Shown in pieces: positions 12,040 through 22,772 of a stretch of DNA of 64,000 bases. Each line of letters begins with the position of its first letter. The stretch's first letter is position 1. Origin of the DNA: Macrostomum lignano (Eukaryota); contig NIVC01000856.1 of NCBI GenBank assembly GCA_002269645.1, positions 124,001-188,000 of the forward strand, read 5' to 3'. The notes beneath the pieces were generated by a model. The model was not told the DNA's origin and searched no databases. It was given only the letters and a program-made list of their open reading frames with translations. The position numbers and the translations under genes are program-made.

Positions 12040-13705
12040 CGCAGTAATCCTTGGCTATCGAGTGCAGTAATCCTTGGTTTATTAATAGCAATAATCCATG
12101 GCTTATCGAGTGCAGTAATTCTTGGTTTGCCAAGTGCAGTAAGTAATCCTTGGTTTATTAATAGCAATAATCCTTGGCTTATCGAGTGCAGTAATTCATG
12201 GTTTATTAATAGCAATAATCCTTGGCTTATCGAGTGCAGTAATCCTTGGTTTATTAATAGCAATAATCCTTGGCTTATCGAGTGCAGTAATCCTTGGTTT
12301 ATTAATAGCAATAATCCTTGGCTTATCGAGTGCAGTAATCCTTGGTTTATTAATAGCAATAATCCTTGATTAATCAAGTGCAGTAATCCTTGGTTTGCCA
12401 AGAGCAATAGTCCTTGGTTTATTGAGTGCAGTAATCCTTGGTTTATTAATAGCAATAATCCTTGGCTTATCGAGTGCAGTAATCCTTGGTTTGCCAAGTG
12501 CATAATCCTTGGTTTATTAATAGCAATAATCCTTGGTTTATCGAGTGCAGTAATCCTTGGTTTATTAATAGCAATAATCCTTGGTTTATCGAGTGCAGTA
12601 ATCCTTGGTTTATTAATAGCAATAATCCTTGGCTTATCGAGTGCAGTAATCCTTAGTTTGCCAAGAGCAATAGTTCTTGGTTTATTGAGTGCAGTAATCC
12701 TTGGTTTATTAATAGCAATAATCCTTGGCTTATCGAGTGCAGTAATCCTTGGTTTGCCAAGTGCATAATCCTTGGTTTATTAATAGCAATAATCCTTGGT
12801 TTATCGAGTGCAGTAATCCTTGGTTTATTAATAGCAATAATCCTTGGTTTATTAATAGCAATAATCCTTGGCTTATCGAGTGCAGTAATCCTTGGTTTGC
12901 CAAGAGCAATAGTCCTTGGCTTATCGAGTGCAGTAATCCTTGGTTTGCCAAGAGCAATAGTCCTTGGTTTATTGAGTGCAGTAATCCTTGGTTTATTAAT
13001 AGCAATAGTCCTTGGTTTATTGAGTGCAGTAATTTTTGGTTTATTAATAGCAATAATCCTTGGCTTATCGAGTGCAGTAATCCTTGGTTTGCCAAGTGCA
13101 TAATCCTTGGTTTATTAATAGCAATAATCCTTGGTTTATCGAGTGCAGTAATCCTTGGTTTATTAATAGCAATAATCCTTGGCTTATCGAGTGCAGTAAT
13201 CCTTGGTTTATTAATAGCAATAATCCTTGGCTTATCGAGTGCAGTAATCCTTGGTTTATTAATAGCAAAAATCCTTGGCTTATCGAGTGCAGTAATCCTT
13301 GGTTTATTAATAGCAATAATCCTTGATTAATCAAGTGCAGTAATCCTTGGTTTGCCAAGAGCAATAGTCCTTGGTTTATTGAGTGCAGTAATCCTTGGTT
13401 TATTAATAGCAATAATCCTTGGCTTATCGAGTGCAGTAATCCTTGGTTTATTAATAGCAATAATCCTTGGCTTATCGAGTGCAGTAATCCTTGGTTTATT
13501 AATAGCAATAATCCATGGCTTATCGAGTGCAGTAATCCTTGGTTTGCCAAGAGCAATAGTCCTTGGTTTATTGAGTGCAGTAATCCTTGGTTTATTAATA
13601 GCAATAGTCCTTGGTTTATTAATAGCAATAATCCTTGGCTTATCGAGTGCAGTATTCCTTGGTTTGCCAAGAGCAATAATCCTTAGCTTATCGAGTGCAG
13701 TAATC
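12040..13705. repeat. 24-bp minisatellite with alternating monomer types (higher-order repeat)
   Basis: Monomers TTGGTTTATTAATAGCAATAATCC, TTGGCTTATCGAGTGCAGTAATCC and TTGGTTTGCCAAGAGCAATAGTCC alternate. Confidence 0.93.
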
Positions 13706-13774
13706 TAAGTGTTTTTATTTAGTCCTTTAATAAAAGCTTTTAATAAAAAATTTTACACTACTACTTTTAAACTA

Positions 13775-13842
13775 CTTAGATTCGAACCCAGGTCGCTGCA
13801 TTAGCAGTCTGGTCTGCTCAGCTCTAGGCTAGCTCTCATCGA
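13775..13842 (-). mobile_element. tRNA-derived (SINE-like) head, copy 2
   Basis: - strand GATGAGAGCTAGCCTAGAGCTGAGCAGACCAGACTGCTAATGCAGCGACCTGGGTTCGAATC: A-box-like, GACTGCTAAT anticodon-loop-like segment and B box at tRNA spacing; stems broken. Confidence 0.65.
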
Positions 13843-14804
13843 AGTTATCAGTGAATTTGTACCACTTATATAATTCAACACTCACACCAAGTCAGGTAGA
13901 GTAAAAAGTCACGCGAAGCAGTTATGACATAATCAATTTCTTAGGCAAGTCAGTACCAGTGTCTATGAAAGATAAGAAAGGAGCAAAAATAGTTCATGGA
14001 AAACAATAAAAAACACATTTTCTTAAACACTAATTCCTTCTTCACATTTTAAAAATCACCTTATTCGTGTAAAATTGTCACGGACTAAGATGTTTGCAAA
14101 ATTAAAAAATCACTTTTTCTCTAAAATTAACAAACAGTCAACAAAATATCGTTTCCCTAAATAGAAAATATTCCCAAGACAGCAAGCAACCCCCTCCAAA
14201 AGTGAACAATCGCAGATAGCAAGCATCCTCTAATGCTCATAGCAAGAATCACCACAGATAGCAAGCATCTGCAGATTAGCAAGCACCCCCCAGATATTAT
14301 AAAAGCATCCACCCAGATAGCAAGCATCCACTCAGATAGCAAGCATTTTGCAGATATCAAGCACCCCCAGATATTATAAAAGCATCCACCCAGATAGCAA
14401 GCATCCACTCAGATAGCAAGCATTTTGCAGATATCAAGCACCCCCAGATATTATAGAAGCATCCTGCAGATAGCAAGCACCCCCAGATATTATAGAAGCA
14501 TCCTGCAGATAGCAAGCATCCTGCAGATAGCAAGAATCCCTAAATAGCAAGCATCCTGCAGATAGCAAGAATCCCTGAATAGCAAGCATCCCTGGATAGA
14601 AAGAATCCCATGCATGTAGCCAGTACCCCTCTCCCAAATAGCAAGTATCCCCCTCGAGAGCAAGCATCCACGAGACAGCAAGTAGCTAGTGCAAATGTTA
14701 CTTCCGCTAATGCAATAATCGCTTTCTCAGGTTGTGCAACAATCCACGTCTCAGCGAGCGCAATAATCTCTTTTTTAGACAGCGCAGTAATCAGCTTCTC
14801 AGCT

Positions 14805-17112
14805 AGTGCAATAATCCTTGGTTTATTAATAGCAATAATCCTTGATTAATCAAGTGCAATAATCCTTGGTTTATCAAGTGCAATAATCCTTGGTTTATCA
14901 AGTGCAGTAATCTTTGGCTTATCAAGTGCAATAATCCTTGGTTTATCAAGTGCAATAATCCTTTGTTTATCAAGTGCAATAATCCTTGGTTTATCAAGTG
15001 CAATAATCCTTGGTTTATTAAGTGCAATAATCCTTGGTTTATCAAGTGCAATAATCCTTGGTTTATCTAGCGCAGTAATCCTTGGCTTATCAGGTGCAAT
15101 AATCCTTGGTTTATCAAGTGCAATATTTGTTTATCAAGTGCAATAATCCTTGGTTTATCAAGTGAAATAATCCTTGGTTTATCAAGTGCAATAATCCTTG
15201 GCTTATCAACTGCAATAATCCTTGGTTTATCAAGCGCAGTAATCTTTGGCCTATCAAGTGCAATAATCCTTGGTTTATCAAGTGCAGTAATCCTTGGCCT
15301 ATCAAGTGCAATAATCCTTGGTTTATCAAGTGCAATAATCCTTGGTTTATCAAGTGCAATAATCCTTGGTTTATCAAGTGCAATAATCCTTGGCTTATCA
15401 ACTGCAATAATCCTTGGTTTATCAAGTGCAATAGTCCTTGGTTTATCAAGCGCAGTAATCCTTGGCCTATCAAGTGCAATAATCCTTGGCTTATCAAGTG
15501 CAATAATCCTTGGTTTATCAAGTGCAATAATCCTTGGTTTATCAAGTGCAGTAATCCTTGGCCTATCAAGTGCAATAATCCTTGGTTTGCCAAGAGCAAT
15601 AATCCTTAGTTTATCGAGTGCAGTAATCCTTAGTTTTCCAAGTGCAGTAATCCTTGGTTTATTAAGAGCAATAATCCTTGGCTTATCGAGTGCAGTAATC
15701 CTTGGTTTGCCAAGAGCAATAATCCTTGGTTTATCAAGTGCAATAATCCTTGGTTTATCAAGTGCAATAATCCTTGGTTTATCAAGTGCAATAATCCTTG
15801 GTTTATCAGATGCAATAATCCTTGGCTTATCAACTGCAATAATCCTTGGTTTATCAGATGCAATAATCCTTGGCTTATCAACTGCAATAATCCTTGGTTT
15901 ATCAAGTGCAATAATCCTTGGCTTATCAAGTGCAATAATCCTTGGTTTATCAAGCGCAGTAATCTTTGGCCTATCAAGTGCAATAATCCTTGGTTTATCA
16001 AGTGCAGTAATCCTTGGCCTATCAAGTGCAATAATCCTTGGTTTATCAAGTTCAATAATCCTTGGCTTATCAAGTGCAATAATCCTTGGTTTATCAAGCG
16101 CAGTAATCTTTGGCCTATCAAGTGCAATAATCCTTGGTTTATCAAGTGCAGTAATCCTTGGCCTATCAAGTGCAATAATCCTTGGTTTATCAAGTGCAAT
16201 AGTCTTTGGTTTATCGAGTGCAGTAATCCTTAGTTTTCCAAGTGCAGTAATCCTTGGTTTATTAAGAGCAATAATCCTTGGTTTATCGAGTGCAGTAGTC
16301 CTTGGTTTATTAATATCAATAATCCTTGAATAATCCAGTGCATTAATCCTTGGCTTATCAAGTGCAACATTCTTTACTATCAAGTGCAATAATCCATGGC
16401 TTATCAAGTGCAATAATCCTTGGCTTATCAAGTGCAATAATCCTTGGTTTATCAAGTGCAATAATCCTTTGTTTATCAAGTGCAATAATCCTTTGTTTAT
16501 CAAGTGCAATAATCCTTTGTTTATCAAGTGCAATAATCCTTGGTTTATCAAGCGCAGTAATCCTTGGCTTATCAAGCGCAGTAATCTTTGGCCTATCAAG
16601 TGCAATAGTCCTTGGTTTATCGAGTGCAGTAATCCTTGGTTTTCCAAGTGCAATAATCCTTGGCTTCTTGAGTGCAGTAATCCTTGGTTTGCCAAGAGCA
16701 ATAGTCCTTGGTTTATCGAGTGCAGTAATCCTTGGTTTTCCAAGTGCAGTAATCCTTGGTTTATTAATAGCAATAATCCTTGGCTTCTTGAGTGCAGTAA
16801 TCCTTGGTTTGCCAAGAGCAATAGTCCTTGGTTTATCGAGTGCATTAATCCTTGGTTTTCCAAGTGCAATAATTCTTGGCTTCTTGAGTGCAGTAATCCT
16901 TGGTTTGCCAAGAGCAATAGTCCTTGGTTTATCGAGTGCAGTAATCCTTGGTTTTCCAAGTGCCGTAATCCTTGGTTTATTAATAGCAATAATCCTTGAT
17001 TAATCAAGTGCAGTAATCTTTGGTTTGCCAAGAGCAATAGTCCTTGGTTTATCGAGTGCAGTAGTCCTTGGTTTATTAATAGCAATAATCCTTGGCTTAT
17101 CGAGTGCAGTAA
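14805..17112. repeat. 24-bp minisatellite dominated by TTGGTTTATCAAGTGCAATAATCC
   Basis: Tandem copies; long ORFs 15067..17085 etc. arise because the unit is a multiple of 3. Confidence 0.95.
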
Positions 17113-17183
17113 TCTAAGTGTTTTTATTTAGTCCTTTAATAAAACCTTTTAATAAAAAATTTTACACTACTACTTTTAAACTA

Positions 17184-17250
17184 CTTAGATTCGAACCTAG
17201 GTCGCTGCATTAGCAGTCTGGTCTGTTCAGCTCTAGGCTAGCTCTCATCG
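17184..17250 (-). mobile_element. tRNA-derived (SINE-like) head, copy 3
   Basis: Near-identical to copy 2; B box reads AGGTTCGAATC on - strand. Confidence 0.65.
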
Positions 17251-17699
17251 AAGTTATCAGTGATGTTGTACCACTTATATAATTCAACACTCACACCAAG
17301 TCAGGTAGAGTAAAAAGTCTCACGAAGCAGTTATGACATAATCAATTTCTTAGGCAAGTCAGTACCAGTGTCTATGAAAGTTTACAATATGGTTACGTAA
17401 TATAAATTCAGTACTGCGCTATGCTTTCACACTCAAAGCTGTGACGCAATTCAATTGAGTGTCAAATTCAGCCAGTACACAGACGATAAATAAAGTGTAT
17501 TGTGATGCAATCTATTTCAGAATCAGAATTCAACCAGTCAGTTTTTCTGCTAGCATTCTTACGATGCATTTCAAGTCGAAAGAGCTGCTTGACCTTTGCA
17601 AAAAAGCATGTTTTTCGAATATTTAATCCCTTTAGCATCAAGCAATTTCTTAGCCACGATGCATGTACTGTCACGGGAAAATTTCTGATCGAACAGTGC

Positions 17700-17802
17700 A
17701 AGTTCGAAGAAAATCGGTTGAGCCGTTTTTGCTAAAATCGATCACACACACACACATACACACACACACATACCGACAGACCATTTTTAGTATATGGATT
17801 TC
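17700..17802 (+). mobile_element. Probable non-autonomous Helitron/Helentron-like 3' end with (CA)n
   Basis: GAAAATCGGTTGAGCCGTTTT..AAAATCGATCAC(AC)n..ATACC..AGAC.A.ACCATTTTTAGTATA; related copy at 35145-35222. Class assignment is from resemblance only. Confidence 0.45.
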
Positions 17803-17889
17803 TAATCTAGCTCGTAATTGTAAGGTTCTGTCGGAGCGTTGCGACCAACGTTAGGCCAGTGTCGAATTCCCATCAAAAAGATTCAGTAT

Positions 17890-18125
17890 CCCTCAGATCA
17901 TCACCTGTAGATCCCTCAGATCATCACCTGTAGATCCCTCAGATCAGCACCTGTAAGATTCCTCAGATCAGCACCTGTAAGATTCCTCAGATCAGCACCT
18001 GTAGATCCCTCAGATCAGCACCTGTAAGATTCCTCAGATCAGCACCAGTAAGATCCCTCAGATCAGCACCTGCAAGAGCCCTCAGATCAGCACCTGCAAG
18101 AGCCCTCAGATCAGCACCTGTAAGA
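17890..18125. repeat. Minisatellite, 23-24-bp unit GATCCCTCAGATCAGCACCTGTA(A)
   Basis: About 10 tandem copies. Confidence 0.9.
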
Positions 18126-18134
18126 TCCTTTAGG

Positions 18135-18895
18135 TAGCACCAGGGGCTTTAGCACCTGGGCTTTAGCACCAGGGCTTTAGCACCAGGGCTTTAGCACCAG
18201 GGCTTTAGCACCAGGGCTTTAGCACCAGGGGCTTTAGCACCTGAGTTTTAGCACCAGGGGCGCCAGCACCAGGGGCGCCAGCACCAGGGGCGCCAGCACC
18301 AGGGGCGCCAGCACCAGGGGCGCCAGCACCAGGGGCGCCAGCACCAGGGGCGCCAGCACCAGGGGCGCCAGCACCAGGGGCGCCAGCACCAGGGGCGCCA
18401 GCACCAGGGGCGCCAGCACCAGGGGCGCCAGCACCAGGGGCGCCAGCACCAGGGGCGCCAGCACCAGGGGCGCCAGCACCAGGGGCGCCAGCACCAGGGG
18501 CGCCAGCACCAGGGGCGCCAGCACCAGGGGCGCCAGCACCAGGGGCGCCAGCACCAGGGGCGCCAGCACCAGGGGCGCCAGCACCAGGGGCGCCAGCACC
18601 AGGGGCGCCAGCACCAGGGGCGCCAGCACCAGGGGCGCCAGCACCAGGGGCGCCAGCACCAGGGGCGCCAGCACCAGGGGCGCCAGCACCAGGGGCGCCA
18701 GCACCAGGGGCGCCAGCACCAGGGGCGCCAGCACCAGGGGCGCCAGCACCAGGGGCGCCAGCACCAGGGGCGCCAGCACCAGGGGCGCCAGCACCAGGGG
18801 CGCCAGGCGCCAGCACCAGGGGCGCCAGAACCAGGGGCGCCAGCACCGGGGCGCCAGCACCGGGGCGCCAGCACCGGGGCGCCAGCACCGGGGCG
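18135..18895. repeat. Minisatellite, 15-bp unit GCACCAGGGGCGCCA with 14-bp variants at both edges
   Basis: Central block 18250-18805 is essentially invariant; the GAPGA/LVLAP/WCWRP ORFs are artefacts. Confidence 0.95.
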
Positions 18896-21800
18896 ACAGC
18901 ACCATTAAAAAAGACGCAATGTACTGTCGGGCAGCCGATTGCGGAGGCTGCAGCCCCAATGGCTGCGCCACTCACTGCACTTATAGCTACGCTCGTATTA
19001 GTTTCTTTAACCCACACCCAATTCCTCGCCTAAAAGGGTGATTTTTTTTAGTTTGGCTCTTTATCTCTCCCCGATGCTTAACATCGTTAACTCTGCCCAA
19101 CCGCAGCTACAGCGAAGGGCTTAGGGAAGATTCTGGAAGGCCCAGCTACATGTAGGGAAGTTCTGCAGATAGCATGTAGATACCTCCTCCGGCTGCAACT
19201 CCAAATACCTTTTTTGTTATCGCTCCCTGTAACCTCTGCCGGGGCAGGGGGTAACTGGACTAATAGTGTGGTGACCCAGAGGTTTTGGGTGATTAGAGCT
19301 GAGAACTCTTATTCTGTTCGATCGTTTAAACTTGAGCTGATGACCGGGCATGCAGTGAATAAGCAGTGAAGCCACACAAAAATCGACCGCACCAGAACTA
19401 ATGAGATATCTCACTTTCAGAGAAAAAAGTAAAGCTCAAATTTCTGTCACTGATTTCGATTCGATATTTAGAACTTAAAAAAATAAAACTATAGATCAAG
19501 TCGCGACTTACGACTATACCATGTATATCAGTAATCGGAATTGAGTTGCTCTTTTAAAGCAAGATTGTACTAGATTGTATATTAAAGAACAATTTTTTAT
19601 TAAATTTATATAAAAGTAATAAAATGAAAAAAAACTTAAGCTAGCCGAATGCCTAGTATAAAATCTGCCCACAGTAAGGCAACGGTCTACGTCCAAAAAT
19701 CAGTCGTATGCGCTACTGTAAGTAGCATGCTCTGCTCTTGCATGTATCGATGGACTGACTGATCGATGAGTCATTTTTTAGATTTTGTTATTTTTAAACT
19801 CACAGTCTTTAGTTTTCGAATTTTATTTTTAAACCGTCTTACAGAGCTGCCACGATAGTATTTATACACTTTTTTCTGATTGCTATTACAAACGCTTGTT
19901 TAACTTTTTTGTTTCTTGTTAAGCGAAAACAATTGAATCACAGGGAATAAAAGTTAATTTGTACTCATTTTTGTATTGATATTTATACTCGTTGTCACTT
20001 TTCGTCTAAAAATACCGTAAAAATTCTGGCGCGCTTTCAAATACTTTATCTTTTACAATAACTCAGCAAATCGTCGTCAAATCGTCTTTATAAACTTCTA
20101 TATTCGAAAATTCCAAATACATAGCTCTATAATATATTGGCCAAACAGGCTAATTGCCTGAGCCAAATTCTCTTACTACTACTACTCTAAAATCACCATG
20201 TTACACGAGAGCAAACTTAGAACTTTTAGATAGGCATAGTCTAATTATACTGGGCCTAGTAGTAGGCCTAAGGTTGATTTTGACTTTTCAATTCGTTTTT
20301 TTTCTTAAAGTAGCATTTTGTTGCATACCACAGTTTGTCGGCTTAGAAGTTAGAATGTAAAAAACAGGCCTATATTTGTGTCCTATCTAATAATTAGATC
20401 ATAAAAACTTGAAACAGACCTAACTTAGAAGCAAATGTGTGTGCTGGTCTCAATGATATAAAGTATCTTAAACTATAAAAAAAGGCTTATTAGGCCTGGG
20501 TAAATTGTCCTTTTGAGTATGATTTGCTGAAAATGTTATGCTGGTAACTGTGAATTTAATAAACAGCATAGCATACTGACAACTGATAGATATCCATGCA
20601 TTAACAGCATGGGATTTTTAAATCAGTTATTATATTTTCAAGTAAGTAAAATAATCTATTTTAAGCTCACTCCTATGTATTTTCATTTCAAAGTTTTAGT
20701 TAGAAGTTGAATTAAAAAAATAAATTAATATAGTTTCTAATATCACATTTTTTTAATTTTATTTAGACCTAAAAGAATAGGCCTATTATTATTATTGTTA
20801 GAGTCTCCATAGAGCTTTTTAAAGTTTAGGATTTTTAGTTTTTTAGATCTGCATCTAAATTCTAATAGAGGACAATAACAACATTACAAAATGGCTTTAG
20901 GCCCCTAATTATTTAAGGTTGGGTAATAAAAGGTTAAAACATTTTTTATCCTAAAAATTCATTTTTTTCATAGGAAAAAGTATATTATATTTATAGTTAT
21001 AAGTTGCCTCCTCGCTGTTTCCGGATGCATGGAGCCCCCTGCAGCTAAGTCAAGCTAAGTCATAGTTATAAGTTGGTACTATTTAAAAATTATATACCAT
21101 ATATCCATAGGCTTATTTGTAATTTTAAACTAGGCCTATTGGCCTTATATTAGAAAATATTTGTTTAAAAAACAAAAATTAAAATGAAAGTAACAGAAAA
21201 TAAAAATGAAACAAAAAATAAAAACTTATAGAAGATATAAATATTTTAAATTTAGTAAAAGTCTTATTTTTTAAATATTGCAAAAAAGATATATAACCAG
21301 TATTAGTAAAGGCCTTAAAACTAGTTTTTTGCCATAGCTGTAGCTACGGCTACAGGATCCTATGACAAATATGGTAAAATAGATGCCTATGGCAGCTATA
21401 GATATGCCTACAGTAGCTAGCTGCTCTTATGGCTATGACTATGGAAATATGGTAGTTGCTGTCACATTCCATAGATTTCCATAGCCATAGTTATTAATGT
21501 TAAAAAATTGAAAAAATATTAGAAACAGGTAGAGTAAAACAAAGATACTTTTAGTAAACTGTATTATCAACCTAGAAACTTATAAAATATACCTAAAAAG
21601 TATAATAAAACACTAGCAAACTCTAATTTTTATTAATGTGAAAAAGTTTGGCATTTGTACTTTCAGTAACAATTAAGTATTGTTGCTCTGAAAAAAGACA
21701 AAATATAATCTTACAAAGGCAATCAAGTGTTTCTTTTATTTTCTAACTTAATTTGCAGTTGTTTAAGCACTAGGTTATTTTCTTGGTTTAAAATATTTTG

Positions 21801-22096
21801 TTTTCTAGACTTTTTGTTAAAACTACGGCTATGGGAACTATGAGAATATAGTAATTTCAAGGTCCCTACAGCTATAGAATATGGAGAATTGGAATAAGCC
21901 GTAGTTTTGCTTATGGCTACAGCTACGGTACGGTACGGTACATATCCTTAATTACAAGTTTGTATTTAATTCTTTTCAAGAAAAAATCTTCAGAATGACC
22001 CTAGCTTTCATATTCAAGAACAAGCTGACACTATTTTTGTCTTCATTTGTTTCTTGCCTACCAGGAGCCAACTTCCATTGGCACAGCAGTGTGCAT

Positions 22097-22250
22097 AATG
22101 CCTGACAATGAGATAGTCAGGGCCTGACAATATGCCTGACAATGAGAGTCAGGGCCTGACAATATGCCTGACAATAAGATAGTCAGGGCCAGACAATATG
22201 CCTGATAAAAATGAGATAGTCAGGGCCTGACAATGAGATAGTCAGGGCCA
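22097..22250. repeat. Short tandem repeat of GAGATAGTCAGGGCCTGACAAT(ATGCCTGACAAT)
   Basis: About five copies. Confidence 0.8.
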
Positions 22251-22333
22251 CTATTTGAATCCTTTGTGTGTCTATGCATAGTATCCATGTGCATGCTAAA
22301 CTAACAGAAATCTCTCATCCCAATCCCGAGCAG

Positions 22334-22772
22334 TGCCTCCTGCTGGTTATAGGCCTGGTGGCCGCAGTGAACGAGCTGCAGCTCCAAGCCAATGCCACTT
22401 TGATGCAAAACGAAACCGCAGTTCAAAGAGTTCGGGCTGGCACGCTTGACTATGGTATAAACTGCTCCGTGTCTCGCTATATTATTTTCACCTCTGGCGA
22501 GAAACCCACTTTGGTTGCCTGGGAGGTGGCGCCAGATGATGGCGGCGTCGGCAGCGGCTCCTGCCACGTCTACCTGCCAGACAGAGCTGGCGCCAGCGAT
22601 CGGAACTGCGCCAGGATGTCAGAACAGTTGGGAATTCGACTGGGCGATGCTGATCGACCGGAGACCGGATTAAAGATTGGATTAGTGAATGCTAGTCACG
22701 GCGGTTGGTACAAGTGTCGAGTGTACATCGATAATCTGCTGTATATTGGCCACACCAGGCTGCTGGTTGAAG
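22334..22772 (+). CDS. RPTP exon: hydrophobic signal-like stretch and Ig-like domain
   Basis: [11 protein letters not shown]; [22 protein letters not shown]; donor AG|GTGAGT. 5' boundary uncertain. Confidence 0.75.

Larger units (their letters stand above)
11756..13971. repeat. Composite repeat unit, copy A: unique left end + GATAGCAAGCATC repeats + 24-bp array + 271-bp tail
   Basis: CCCTAAATAGAAAATATTCCCAAGACAGCAAGCA (11756-11789) and the tail 13701-13971 are repeated in copy B. Confidence 0.88.
14155..17380. repeat. Composite repeat unit, copy B
   Basis: Same left end (14155-14188), GATAGCAAGC repeats (14200-14680), 24-bp array and tail (17110-17380) as copy A. Confidence 0.88.

Noticed and set aside
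13775-13842. Functional tRNA-Ser(GCT) gene (likewise the heads at 11670, 17184, 32245, 32700)
   Set aside because: Acceptor, anticodon and T stems do not pair; treated as SINE-like heads.
11820-17085. Long ORFs up to 672 aa (LLHLINQG / LDKPRIIA repeats) resembling LRR or repeat proteins
   Set aside because: They are translations of a 24-bp satellite that is open in several frames on both strands; no splice or domain context.
12040-17112. CRISPR-like appearance of regularly spaced repeats
   Set aside because: Units are head-to-tail with recurring variants, there are no unique spacers and no cas genes, and the context is eukaryotic.
18205-19017. (GAPGA)n collagen/silk-like ORF
   Set aside because: The 15-bp unit has no synonymous variation and is open in all three minus frames; it is satellite DNA.
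18959-19033. MAAPLTALIATLVLVSLTHTQFLA* as a possible signal-peptide first exon of the RPTP
   Set aside because: No convincing splice donor before the stop, and the next exon already has its own hydrophobic stretch; cannot be supported.
20150-21320. Repeated TAGGCCTA / AGGCCT palindromes in AT-rich DNA
   Set aside because: Irregular spacing and no larger structure; cannot be distinguished from background without genome-wide counts.
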